This document shows, in pieces, positions 48,917-59,809 of a stretch of DNA of 64,000 nucleotides. The notes under the pieces are model-generated. The model was not told the DNA's origin, ran no database searches, and worked only from the letters and a program-made list of their open reading frames with translations. The first letter of the stretch is position 1; every line of letters starts with the position of its first letter. A program made the translations under genes and the position numbers. This DNA comes from an uncultured Holophagae bacterium (GTDB lineage: Bacteria > Acidobacteriota > Thermoanaerobaculia > Thermoanaerobaculales > Sulfomarinibacteraceae). The DNA lies in assembly GCA_963844865.1 (NCBI GenBank), contig CAWJPY010000013.1, forward strand, positions 135,821-199,820. The letters are read 5' to 3'.

Positions 48917-49629
48917 AGCTCCTCCGCGAGAGATTGGAAGTCGGGGGACGGCGGGATCCGGCACTCGATGCCGAGGCGCAGGGCCGCCTCCTGGGTGGTC
49001 GGTCCCAGCGCCCAGTGGGGCAGGGGGAGGGGACGGCCGCCCACGTTCTCCAGGTAGAGGCGGGCGGCCCGGGGCGAGGTCAGGAGCACCCCCTCGAGGC
49101 CGGGGCCCAGGGGCGGCAGCTCCCGGGGCGGGGTGGGGTCCATGCGGTACACCAGCAACGGGTGTGCGTGGTGCCCCGCGGCCTCCAGGGCCGACGGCAG
49201 CTCGGGCCGGTGGTCGCGGCCGCAGGCCATGATCACCGGCGCCGCCGGCTCGAGGCGGCCGAACAGCTCCCTGGCGAGCTCGGCGCCGGAGCCGGGCCCC
49301 ACCAGCTCCACCGCCAGGCCGGCGCGGTCGGCCGCCTTGGCGGTGGACTCGCCCACCGCAGCGATGGGCAGCTCCAGGATGGCCTCGGCGTTGCGCGCGC
49401 GGGCGTGCCGGACCAGCGGGGTGGGCGCCCGCGGCGAGGTCAGGGTCAGCCAGCAGGAGGCCCGCCACTCGGCCAGGAGCCGCAGCGCGCGCTCCCAACC
49501 ATCGTCGTCCAGGACGTCGTTGACGCGGAGGACCGGGTACGGTCGCACCGCCCAGCCGCAGGGGGCCAGCAGCTCCTGGAGCTCGCGGCACTCGGCCGGG
49601 TGGCGGGTGGCGAGCAGGTAGCGCGTCAT
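48904..49629 (-). CDS. hemD: Uroporphyrinogen-III synthase
   Basis: Position between hemC and hemB. ATGA overlap with the hemC stop. HemD-like two-lobe pattern ('LLTSPRAARL'). Weakly conserved family, so the call relies partly on context. Confidence 0.7.
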   Translation of the reverse strand: MTRYLLATRHPAECRELQELLAPCGWAVRPYPVLRVNDVLDDDGWERALRLLAEWRASCWLTLTSPRAPTPLVRHARARNAEAILELPIAAVGESTAKAADRAGLAVELVGPGSGAELARELFGRLEPAAPVIMACGRDHRPELPSALEAAGHHAHPLLVYRMDPTPPRELPPLGPGLEGVLLTSPRAARLYLENVGGRPLPLPHWALGPTTQEAALRLGIECRIPPSPDFQSLAEELCKT

Positions 49630-50573
49630 GAAGCGTCCGCGACGGATTCCGGCATGGCCGCGCGGAGCTGCTCGAAGCATGCCCTCGCCGCCGCCTCGGG
49701 ATCAGGCTCCCGGGCCGTGGCGCGTGCCAACCGGGCGCGGGTGACGGCCTCGTCCACCTCGCCGAGGACGGCCTGCAGCTCGATGGCGTCGCCGTCGTCT
49801 CCAGCCAGACAGCCCAGGGGGAGGTGGCAGCCTCCACCCAGCAGTCCCAGCAGGCGCCGCTCGGCGGTGATGCAGCGGGCGATGCCGGCGTCGTGCAGGG
49901 GGGCCAGGATCTCCGCAACCTCGTCATCCGCCCGGGTTTCCACGGCCAGAGCGCCCTGGGCCGGCGCGGGCAGCATGAGCTCCGGACCGAGCTCGATCAC
50001 GTCGAGGTCGGAAACGTCCAGGGCCAGCCGATCGAGGCCGGCGGCCGCCACCAGGATGGCGTCATAGGCGCCGTCCCGCAGCTTGCGGACCCGGGTGGGG
50101 ACGTTGCCCCGCAGCGCCTCGATGCGCAGGCCGGGCGTGGCGGCCAACGCCTGGGCCGCCCGGCGCAGCGAGGAGGTCCCGAGCACCGCGCCGGCAGCGA
50201 GCCCCATGGGGGCGTCCGGGGTGACCTGCAGCGTCCCCGCCCGAGCCAGGAGCACATCCTGGCTGCGGGCACGCTCCGGGATTGCCGCCACGCGCAGACC
50301 GTCCGGCTCCTCGGTGGGCAGGTCCTTGAGGGAGTGCACCACCAGGTCGACGCGATCCTCCGAGAGGGCCTCCTGGAGCTCCTTGGTGAAGAAGCCCTTG
50401 CCCTCCATCTTGTGGAGGGCGAGGTCGAGCTTGGTGTCGCCGGACGTCTTGATCACCACGGCGCGGCTGCCCACGCCGAGGCGGGCGTCCAGGAGCGCGG
50501 CGATCCGCTCCGCCTGCCACAGGGCGAGGGCCGAGCCCCGCGTGCCGATGCGCAGCGTGCGCGGCGGGCTCAC
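49626..50573 (-). CDS. hemC: Hydroxymethylbilane synthase (porphobilinogen deaminase)
   Basis: 'LRIGTRGSALALWQA', 'IKTSGD', 'FTKELQEAL...DLVVHSLKDLP', 'GTSSLRRAAQ', 'RGNVPTRVRKL', 'GGCHLPLG'. Confidence 0.92.
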   Translation of the reverse strand: MSPPRTLRIGTRGSALALWQAERIAALLDARLGVGSRAVVIKTSGDTKLDLALHKMEGKGFFTKELQEALSEDRVDLVVHSLKDLPTEEPDGLRVAAIPERARSQDVLLARAGTLQVTPDAPMGLAAGAVLGTSSLRRAAQALAATPGLRIEALRGNVPTRVRKLRDGAYDAILVAAAGLDRLALDVSDLDVIELGPELMLPAPAQGALAVETRADDEVAEILAPLHDAGIARCITAERRLLGLLGGGCHLPLGCLAGDDGDAIELQAVLGEVDEAVTRARLARATAREPDPEAAARACFEQLRAAMPESVADAS

Positions 50574-51886
50574 GGCGACCCGTCCGGCTCGCCGGAGCTG
50601 CCGTTGACGCCCTCGAGGCCCTTCATGAAGTTCGAGATGACCGCGCTGGAGTGGTGCCAGGCCGCACCCTTGAGGCCTCTCAGAGGCACCTGGACGAGGC
50701 GCTTGACGAGGTCGTGGGCGAGGCGCTCCACGGCCTCCCGGTCGTCGTCGCCGAGGTGGGACAGGTCCTTGGTCATGGCGTGCTTGAGGGCGCGGTCCGC
50801 CACATCGCGGAACGAGGAGTGCAGGTTGCGGGCGATGGGGGACAGCGCCCGGTCCAGGAGCCGGCGGCGCAGGATCAGGACCTGGTGGTCCACCAGGCGC
50901 TCGCAGCGGTCCATCTCGGCCAGCCGGAGCTGGCGGTTGCGCTCGGCCTCCGCCCGCATGTCCTCGATGCCGTGGAGCTCCACCCCAACCAGCCCGCCGG
51001 CCTCGGGGTCGATGTTGACGGGCATGGCCAGGTCCACCAGGAGCAGCGGCTCGTCCACCGGGAGCTGGGAGCGGATCGCCGAGACGTGGCCGCCGTCCAA
51101 GAGCGGGTTGGGGGCCGAGGTGGCGGCCACCACCAGACCGACCCGCGGAGGATCCAGGAGCACGGAGTCGAGCCCGAGCGCGCCGGCCAGGGGGTCGTCG
51201 GCCACCGCCTCCTCGGCGCGCCCGAGGTTGCGGTTGGCGACGATCACCCGGCGGTCGGGGTCGCCGTTGCGGATCAGGCGCAGGGTCTGCCGGGCCATCT
51301 CCCCGGCGCCGATGATCAGGGCCGGCGCCGAGGTGGCGCCGAGGTGCTCGTGGAGCCGACGCTCCACCAGGGTCACCAGGGAGACCGGCCGCCGGGTGAG
51401 CTCGGTCTCGGTGCGGATCCTCTTGGCCAGGTGGAACGCCTCGTGGAAGGTCTGGTCCAGGATCCCGCCGAGGAGGCCGATGTCGTGGGCCCGCTCGTGG
51501 GCATCCTTGGCCTGACCCGTGATCTGCGCCTCGCCCACCATCATGGAGTCCAGGGCCGCCGTCACGCGGAACAGGTGGCGTACCGCCTCGGCGCCGAAGC
51601 GCACGTAGAGCACGTCGTCCTCGGGCAGCGCGCAGCGGCCCTCGGTGAGGTCCTGGAGGCTGCGCCGGAGGTGGAAGAGCAGCGGGTTGGTGTGGATCCG
51701 GGTCTCGCCCCGGAAGTAGAACTCGACCCGGTTGCAGGTGCCGAGGTACACGAACTCCGAGAACCCCGCCAGGTGTGCGAGCTCGAGGAAGTTGTCGGGG
51801 GGGAAGTCGGCGGGCAGCGTGGCCTGGGCGAGTCCCTCGACGCTGGTGGTGCGGTAGGAGGTCCCCACCACGCCGATGTTGTCCAT
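50570..51886 (-). CDS. hemA: Glutamyl-tRNA reductase
   Basis: 'VYLGTCNRVEFY', 'GEAQITGQAK', 'IIGAGEMA', with a dimerisation helix at the C-terminus. RBS gggaggg. Confidence 0.92.
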   Translation of the reverse strand: MDNIGVVGTSYRTTSVEGLAQATLPADFPPDNFLELAHLAGFSEFVYLGTCNRVEFYFRGETRIHTNPLLFHLRRSLQDLTEGRCALPEDDVLYVRFGAEAVRHLFRVTAALDSMMVGEAQITGQAKDAHERAHDIGLLGGILDQTFHEAFHLAKRIRTETELTRRPVSLVTLVERRLHEHLGATSAPALIIGAGEMARQTLRLIRNGDPDRRVIVANRNLGRAEEAVADDPLAGALGLDSVLLDPPRVGLVVAATSAPNPLLDGGHVSAIRSQLPVDEPLLLVDLAMPVNIDPEAGGLVGVELHGIEDMRAEAERNRQLRLAEMDRCERLVDHQVLILRRRLLDRALSPIARNLHSSFRDVADRALKHAMTKDLSHLGDDDREAVERLAHDLVKRLVQVPLRGLKGAAWHHSSAVISNFMKGLEGVNGSSGEPDGSP

Positions 51887-52241
51887 AGTCGGCCCTCCCG
51901 CCGCGATGATACGCGAGATCGCGAGTGAAATCAGGAGTTAACGGTCACCGACGGGTAATACTTGCAGGGTGAGTGTCGCAGCTCTGTCACGGTGCGACCG
52001 GTTCTCCCGTCGATCCTCCGGAGCCTCCGCACGGCTCGGATGAAGTTGGTACAATTCGCCGGTCGCGAGGTTTGTTGTCCGAGAGGAGAGGCCAGCGACC
52101 GGTCTGCTCACCGCCACGGCGGTGGTGCGGCGACGCGCCGTGCGAGGAGGCCGGGAGGTGCCCCGAGTCCGATGCGCGAGACCCGCGAGGTCGCCTCGCC
52201 GAGCGGGTCGCCGAACTTGACAGAGGGGGGTGCGGAGAGTC

Positions 52242-52901
52242 ATGAACACGGTCGCGGCCTTCTACGAGTCGTCCCTGGGCAAGAAGGTGGTGATGGCGGG
52301 TACCGGCATCATCCTCTTCGCCTACGTGATCGGGCACATGCTCGGCAACCTGCAGATCTACGGACCGCCGGAGCAGATCAACGCCTACGCCACGTTCCTC
52401 CACTCCCACCCCAACCTGCTGTGGATCGTCCGCGCGTTCCTGATCTTCTCGGTGGGGGTGCACATCCTGGCCGCGTTCCAGCTCTGGCTGCGGAACCGCG
52501 GCGGCCGGCCCGTGAAGTACCGCGTGTTCCGGCCGCCGGCGGTGGACTACGCGGCCCGCACCATGGTGTGGAGCGGTCCCATCATCGCGTTCTTCGTCAT
52601 CTTCCACCTGCTGGACCTGACCACGGGCACCGTCAACCCGTCCTATGAGGAGCTGAACGTCTACCACAACGTGATCGCCAGCTTCTCGCGGCCTGTGGTG
52701 GCGGGCTTCTACATCGCCGCCAACTTCCTGCTCGCGGTCCATCTCTACCACGGGCTGTGGAGCCTGTTCCAATCCCTGGGCTGGGACCACCCGCTGCTCG
52801 GACCGTGGCGGCGGCGGCTCGCCGTGGCCGTGTCGGCGCTCATCGGCGCCGGCAACATCTCCATCCCCATCGCGGTGCTGACGGGCATCGTGCATCTCTA
52901 G
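52242..52901 (+). CDS. sdhC: Succinate dehydrogenase/fumarate reductase cytochrome b subunit (b558, type B, 5 TM)
   Basis: 'SSLGKKVVMAGTGIILFAYVIGHMLGNLQIY' and further His-bearing helices. ATG 52242 follows ggagag. Directly precedes sdhA and sdhB. Confidence 0.85.
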   Translation: MNTVAAFYESSLGKKVVMAGTGIILFAYVIGHMLGNLQIYGPPEQINAYATFLHSHPNLLWIVRAFLIFSVGVHILAAFQLWLRNRGGRPVKYRVFRPPAVDYAARTMVWSGPIIAFFVIFHLLDLTTGTVNPSYEELNVYHNVIASFSRPVVAGFYIAANFLLAVHLYHGLWSLFQSLGWDHPLLGPWRRRLAVAVSALIGAGNISIPIAVLTGIVHL

Positions 52902-52913
52902 GAGGTCGCCAAC

Positions 52914-54824
<1,911 letters not shown>

Positions 54825-54828
<4 letters not shown>

Positions 54829-55601
54829 GGTTGACCCTGCACATCTGGCGGCAGAAGGGCCCCGCGGTGGCCGGCGGCTTCAGGACCTACGAGCTGGACG
54901 ACGTGAGCCCCGACATGTCGTTCTTGGAGATGCTCGACGTCCTCAACCAGGAGCTCATCAAGGGCGGCGACGACCCGGTGGCCTTCGAGCACGACTGCCG
55001 GGAGGGCATCTGCGGGAGCTGCGGCTTCGTCATCAACGGCGTCGCCCACGGCGGCCAGCCCGGCACCACCACCTGCGAGCTCTACATGCGGCACTTTAAG
55101 GACGGCGACGAGGTCTTCATCGAGCCGTTCCGGGCCAAGGGCTTCCCGGTGATCAAGGACCTCATCGTGGACCGCTCCGCCTTCGACCGCATCATGCGCG
55201 CCGGCGGCTTCATCTCGGCCCGGGTGGGCAGCGCCCCAGACGCCAACGAGGTCCCCATCCCCAAGGACGAGGCCGAGCTGGCCATGGACTACGCCGAGTG
55301 CATCGGCTGCGGCGCCTGCGTGGCCACCTGCCCCAACGGCGCGGCCATGCTCTTCGTGAGCGCCAAGATCTCCCACCTGGGAATGCTGCCCCAGGGGCAG
55401 CCGGAGCGGGACCGCCGTGCCCGGGCCATGGTCCGCGCCATGGAGCAGGAGGCCTTCGGGGCCTGCACCAACTACCGCTCCTGCGAAGCGGTGTGCCCCA
55501 AGGAGATCTCCATCACCGGCATCGCGCGCATGAACAAGGACTGGCGGCGGGCCATGCTGAAGGGGGACCTGCCGACGTTCGGCAAGCGCCACGCGACGTA
55601 G
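54825..55601 (+). CDS. sdhB: Succinate dehydrogenase/fumarate reductase iron-sulfur subunit
   Basis: '[10 protein letters not shown]', '[12 protein letters not shown]', '[15 protein letters not shown]'. ATGA overlap with sdhA. Confidence 0.92.
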
Positions 55602-55610
55602 GACGTCAAA

Positions 55611-55727
55611 AGTAAGAAGTAAGAAGTAAGAAGTCAGGAGTTCCCCCTCCCGCCCTCACGAGTCGTGGCAGGACCGGCGAGGGTGGGGGGCCTTCTAACT
55701 CCTCACTTCTAACTCCTAACCCCTCAC
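55611..55727. repeat. Inverted arrays of the GTNAGRA heptamer flanking a GC-rich inner palindrome. Large hairpin, possibly a bidirectional terminator.
   Basis: Left arm: (agtaaga)x3 agtcagg agtt. Centre: ccccctcccgccctcacgagtcgtggcaggaccggcgagggtgggggg. Right arm: ttctaac tcctcac ttctaac tcctaac ccctcac. AGAAGTCAGGAGTT pairs with AACTCCTCACTTCT at 13/14. Confidence 0.55.
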
Positions 55728-55747
55728 GGGGTGGGCGGGCGGGGGCT

Positions 55748-55912
55748 TCAGCCGAGCAGCGACGTGATGAGGATGCCGGCGAAGAGGATCACGATGGCGG
55801 CGCCCAGCGCCGCCAGGAAGATCTCGGTCGGGGAGTAGCGTGCGCGCCGCGAGGTGGGGGTGCTCGGGCGTGGAGATTTCGCGGACTTCTTGCGACGTCG
55901 GCTGCGAGCCAT
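55748..55912 (-). CDS. Possible small tail-anchored membrane protein (54 aa)
   Basis: 'MARSRRRKKSAKSPRPSTPTSRRARYSPTEIFLAALGAAIVILFAGILITSLLG' has a basic N-terminus and one TM helix. No homology recognised, so this could be spurious. Confidence 0.3.
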   Translation of the reverse strand: MARSRRRKKSAKSPRPSTPTSRRARYSPTEIFLAALGAAIVILFAGILITSLLG

Positions 55913-56106
55913 GACCCATTGTAGCCTCGGGGGCGGCCGATGCGTCACATCGACGGTCAAAACGGCACACATGGCGGGACCGCCCGGGAGCCCTGACTCC
56001 CGGGACGGCCGCAAAGGTGGGCCAATAGATGTGCTTTATTGGCGGGTAATATAAGGCTGGAGGCGGAGAAAACCCCGCCCCGGCAAGGTGAGGCCGCTTC
56101 CGGTCC

Positions 56107-56135
56107 TTGAAGTCCCGTTGACTTCCTCGTACACT
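56107..56135 (+). promoter_or_regulatory. Candidate sigma70-type promoter TTGAAG-17-TACACT for the SPFH/zinc-ribbon operon
   Basis: TTGAAG at 56107-56112, TACACT at 56130-56135. Followed by a roughly 150-nt comparatively AT-rich leader to ATG 56288. Confidence 0.45.
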
Positions 56136-56287
56136 GACGAGCAGGGTGGTAGGACCCAAAAAAGCATAGCAACCAGGAAGCATGCAATCGACGTGCCAGG
56201 TTGTCGATCCGGAACCAGCCGCCGGGTGTGTCCGTATGAAGCTTCAGGACCACAGGATGTCCACGATTTGAACCAGGGAGGGCGCAA

Positions 56288-56809
56288 ATGAGCCAGGGGA
56301 TCGAGAACGCCGAGCAGCGGCGCAACCTCCTCGAGCGCATCGGGGCCAAGATCCCGGGGATCAAGGGGTACCTGAACCGCGAGCTGCGGCGAGAGGTCGA
56401 CAAGATGCAGCGTGACTGGCTGGCGGAGCAGGTGGACCGGGGCCGGCGATCGCTCCAGGACCACGTGCGGGACTGGTCGCGGGCCGGCAACCTGAGCAAC
56501 CTGGACCTGGCCTCCAGCGTCGACAAGGCCCTGGACCGGTTCGCCAACCGCATCCGGCATGCGGACTACGGGTACACGGGCTTCTTCGACGCGGTCAAGA
56601 TCCGCGAGCCAGAGCTGGACAAGATCTACCAGCACGATCTCGCGCTCATGGACGACGTGGAGGAGCTGGCGGCACGGATCGAGACCCTGCCCAAGACCGC
56701 CACCGAGCCCGCCTTGCGCAACCTGCTGGATGCGGTGGGCGAGGCCGACAGCTCCTTCGACGAGCGGGCGCGCATCTTCGAGGACGTGACCGAGAAGGGA
56801 GGTGCCTGA
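56288..56809 (+). CDS. Hypothetical all-helical protein (173 aa), first gene of the SPFH/zinc-ribbon operon
   Basis: RBS agggaggg 7 nt upstream. Charged, heptad-like sequence ('[32 protein letters not shown]'). TGATG overlap with the next gene. No family recognised. Confidence 0.6.
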   Translation: MSQGIENAEQRRNLLERIGAKIPGIKGYLNRELRREVDKMQRDWLAEQVDRGRRSLQDHVRDWSRAGNLSNLDLASSVDKALDRFANRIRHADYGYTGFFDAVKIREPELDKIYQHDLALMDDVEELAARIETLPKTATEPALRNLLDAVGEADSSFDERARIFEDVTEKGGA

Positions 56810-57882
56810 TGGCACTCACGCTCGAGGTGATCGAGCACTACGACGCAACCGGTGAGGAGATCGTCTACCGCTTTCCTCCCGAGGGCAGCGCCGCCATCAA
56901 GATGGGCGCCCAGCTCCTGGTCCAGGAGGCCCAGGAGGCGGTGTTGTTCCGCGACGGCCGGGCCCTGGACGTGTTCAGCCCCGGGCGGCACGTGCTCACC
57001 ACCCTCAACATGCCGCTGGTAACGTCGCTGCTTTCCCTGCCTTACGGCGGCAAGTCGCCGTTCAGGGTGGCGGTGGTCTACATCAACCGGCGCACCTTCC
57101 TCGACCAGAAGTGGGGGACCAGGGAGCCGGTGGTGTTCCGGGACTCGGAGCTGGGCATGGTCCGGCTGCGCGCCTTCGGCAACTACGCCTACCGCATCGC
57201 CGACAGTCAGCTCTTCGTCAACACCGTGGTCGGCTCCCAGGGCCTGTTCGAGACGGACCGTCTGAAGGACTTCTACCGCGACGTCATCGTGTCGCGCCTC
57301 AACGACCTGCTGGGCGAGACGCTGAAGACCATCTTCGACCTGCCCCGCTACTACGACGAGCTGGCCGCGGCGGCCAAGGCCCGCCTCACCGAGGACTTCG
57401 GCAAGTACGGCGTGGACCTGACCGACTTCTACGTCAACTCCATCACCCCGCCGGACGAGGTCCAGGCCAAGATCGACGAGCGCTCGGCCATGGGCGCCAT
57501 CGGCAACATGAACACCTACATGCAGTTCAAGGCCGCGCAGGCGGTGCAGGACGCCGCCCAGGGCGGGGGCGCCGAGGGCGGCGCGGCGGGCGCTGGCATG
57601 GGTCTGGGGCTGGGCGCCGGCTTCGGGGCCATGATGCCGGGCATGATCGCCCAGTCCATGCAGCAGGCGGCCCAGGGAACCGCGCCGGCTGGAGGCGCGG
57701 CGGCGGGTGCAGCCGCGGCCGGGAGCTTCTGCACGAGCTGTGGTCAGCCCATGCCGGACGGGGCGAAGTTCTGTCCCCATTGCGGCGCCAAGCAGGCCGC
57801 GGCGGGGTGCCCCGGATGCGGGCAGCCGGTGCCCGAGGGGGCGAAGTTCTGCCCGAACTGCGGGGCCAAGCAGGGGGAGTAG
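56809..57882 (+). CDS. SPFH/band-7 domain protein (COG4260, YdjI-like 'virion core protein-like') with C-terminal double zinc ribbon
   Basis: '[49 protein letters not shown]', '[13 protein letters not shown]', Gly/Ala linker, then '[23 protein letters not shown]' and '[23 protein letters not shown]'. Confidence 0.8.
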   Translation: MALTLEVIEHYDATGEEIVYRFPPEGSAAIKMGAQLLVQEAQEAVLFRDGRALDVFSPGRHVLTTLNMPLVTSLLSLPYGGKSPFRVAVVYINRRTFLDQKWGTREPVVFRDSELGMVRLRAFGNYAYRIADSQLFVNTVVGSQGLFETDRLKDFYRDVIVSRLNDLLGETLKTIFDLPRYYDELAAAAKARLTEDFGKYGVDLTDFYVNSITPPDEVQAKIDERSAMGAIGNMNTYMQFKAAQAVQDAAQGGGAEGGAAGAGMGLGLGAGFGAMMPGMIAQSMQQAAQGTAPAGGAAAGAAAAGSFCTSCGQPMPDGAKFCPHCGAKQAAAGCPGCGQPVPEGAKFCPNCGAKQGE

Positions 57883-57885
57883 TCC

Positions 57886-58635
57886 TTGCAGGTCCGCTGC
57901 ACCCAGTGCGGAGCCGACATCGAGGTCCGCGCCGACCAGCGGCTCCTGGAGTGCCCGTTTTGCTCCAGCGCCCTGGTGGTGGACGCCGAGGGGACCCTCT
58001 TCGACGAGGTCATGCTGGCCACCGTGCAGCCCGGCGAGGCGCCGGCCCACCTGCGCCGCTTCATGGCCGGGCGGGACACCGTGGCCGATCTGGACAAGGA
58101 AGCGGTGATCGGCGAGCCGACCCTGGAGTACTTCCCGTTCTGGGCCTTCACCGTCGGCGAGGCGGGCGCGGAGAAAGCCGTGCTGCACCCCGCCGCCCCA
58201 TCCTCCCTGCAGGGCCTGCACGGGATGACGCTGCCCGCGGGCACCACCCGGCCCATGAGCCGCGAGGCGGTGGGCGACGCCGTGGTGCGCGATCCCGAGG
58301 TGCCGGCGGCCACCGCGCGGGAGTGGCTGAAGACCAGCGTCGGCGACGCGCCGGTGCGACGCACCGTGCTCTACCACCTTCCCCTGTATCGGCTCTCCTA
58401 CCAGTGGCGGGGACGGACCTACCAGGCAGCGGTGGACGGCGTGTCGGGGAAGGTGTTCCCGGCGGACTTCCCGGCCAAGGCCGAGGCTCCCTACGCCCTG
58501 GTGGCGGTCCTCGCCCTGGTGGTGTTCGGCCTCGAGGGCCTCGTCATCTCCAACCTGCTCCTCAAGGTGGGGGTCTACCTGGTGTCGGCGTTGCCCATCC
58601 TGGGTATCGCCTGGCTGACGACGCGCAGGGTATGA
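57886..58635 (+). CDS. Zinc-ribbon membrane protein (N-terminal CxxC..CxxC, two C-terminal TM helices), paralogue of the next gene
   Basis: TTG start 3 nt after the upstream stop, with gggggag RBS. 'CTQCGADIEVRADQRLLECPFCSS', 'VLYHLPLYRLSYQWRGRTYQAAVDGVSGKV', TM helices 'YALVAVLALVVFGLEGLVI' and 'VGVYLVSALPILGIAWL'. Confidence 0.65.
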   Translation: MQVRCTQCGADIEVRADQRLLECPFCSSALVVDAEGTLFDEVMLATVQPGEAPAHLRRFMAGRDTVADLDKEAVIGEPTLEYFPFWAFTVGEAGAEKAVLHPAAPSSLQGLHGMTLPAGTTRPMSREAVGDAVVRDPEVPAATAREWLKTSVGDAPVRRTVLYHLPLYRLSYQWRGRTYQAAVDGVSGKVFPADFPAKAEAPYALVAVLALVVFGLEGLVISNLLLKVGVYLVSALPILGIAWLTTRRV

Positions 58636-58759
58636 AGGAATTACACGCTTCGGTTCGTGAGTTACAGGCGGGGCGGTTCCCGGTGGCGGCCCGCGGGCTC
58701 CGCCCGGCCCGTCCGCCGGAGCGCGCCGGAGACAGCCTGCCGAGAGCGGGTGAGGCGGC

Positions 58760-59809
58760 ATGAGCAGGCCCCCGCCGCCGCCCCCCAAGCCCAAGGTACT
58801 CACCGGCTTGGGCTGCGCCTCCTGCGGCGGCTCGGTGGAGGTCCAGGAGGGCTGCACCAATCTGGTCTGCCGGTACTGCGGCACGCCCTTGGCGGTCGTG
58901 GGTGACCGTGGCGTGCTCCACCTCATGGTCCTGGACCGCGTCGATCGGGAGCGGGCGGCGCGCACCGTCCACGACTGGTTCCGCAAGGGCATCCGCAAGG
59001 CGCCGGCGCTGAAGCGCGAGGCGCACTACGAGGAGGCCTTCTTGGCCTGGTTTCCCTTCGTGCGGGCGCGCCTGGACGTGGTGGGCTGGGTGCTGGGCTA
59101 CGAGGAGCGGCGGCGCAAGCGCGGCAACCGCTGGGTCACCGTACGCCGGCCGGTGGAGACCCAGGTGGAGCGGGCCGTGGACCGCACCATGCCGTCGGCC
59201 GACATGGCGGAGTTCGGGGTCAGTCACGTCAACCTGGCCGGCGACGAGGTCGTGGCCCTGAACGAGGATCTGCTGCGCTCCCGCGGCATGGTCTTCAGGC
59301 CCCAGCTCGCGCCCGCCGAGGTGGCCGCCAAGCTGGAGAAGCTGGCCCTGACCGACATCGAGGTCTCCTCCCGTCCCGACCACGTCAACTTCTCCTGGCT
59401 GGCGGGCGTGCGGCGCCGGGTGTCGGTGGTGTTCTACCCCCTGTGGGTGATCCGCTACAGCTTCCGGGGCCAGACCTACCAGGCCCTCATCGATGCCGAG
59501 GACGGCGGCCTGGCGTACGGCAAGGCGCCGGGCAACCACCTGTGGCGGGCCTTCTCCCTGGTCTCGGCCGCCGCCGGGGCCTGCTTCGTGGGCACCACCG
59601 TGCTCCAGCACATCAACGTCTTCGCGCGCGGCAACAACGGGCTCGCCGCCCTGGGTATCATCGGCCTGATCCTGGCCGGCCTCGTGGGCTGGGGCTACAC
59701 GCAGTTCCGGCGCGGTGGGGTGGTGGAGGAGGGCAGCGGCCGGCCGACGGGGGCCGACGCAGACTCCCTGACGTCCACCGTCAAGCGGATGATGGAGGAG
59801 CTGCAGTGA
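58760..59809 (+). CDS. Zinc-ribbon membrane protein (N-terminal CxxC..CxxC, two C-terminal TM helices)
   Basis: 'GCASCGGSVEVQEGCTNLVCRYCGT', 'VVFYPLWVIRYSFRGQTYQALIDAEDGG', TM helices 'FSLVSAAAGACFVGTTVL' and 'LAALGIIGLILAGLVGWG'. Confidence 0.65.
   Translation: MSRPPPPPPKPKVLTGLGCASCGGSVEVQEGCTNLVCRYCGTPLAVVGDRGVLHLMVLDRVDRERAARTVHDWFRKGIRKAPALKREAHYEEAFLAWFPFVRARLDVVGWVLGYEERRRKRGNRWVTVRRPVETQVERAVDRTMPSADMAEFGVSHVNLAGDEVVALNEDLLRSRGMVFRPQLAPAEVAAKLEKLALTDIEVSSRPDHVNFSWLAGVRRRVSVVFYPLWVIRYSFRGQTYQALIDAEDGGLAYGKAPGNHLWRAFSLVSAAAGACFVGTTVLQHINVFARGNNGLAALGIIGLILAGLVGWGYTQFRRGGVVEEGSGRPTGADADSLTSTVKRMMEELQ

Noticed and set aside
47933-49927. 664-aa ORF suggesting a fused HemB protein with a long N-terminal extension. 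Likewise the 435-aa ORF at 24596-25903 and the 586-aa ORF at 25347-27107.
   Set aside because: The extensions are out-of-frame read-through of neighbouring genes (hemD/hemC, the MtfA-like gene). Internal ATG starts with good RBS give proteins of canonical length.
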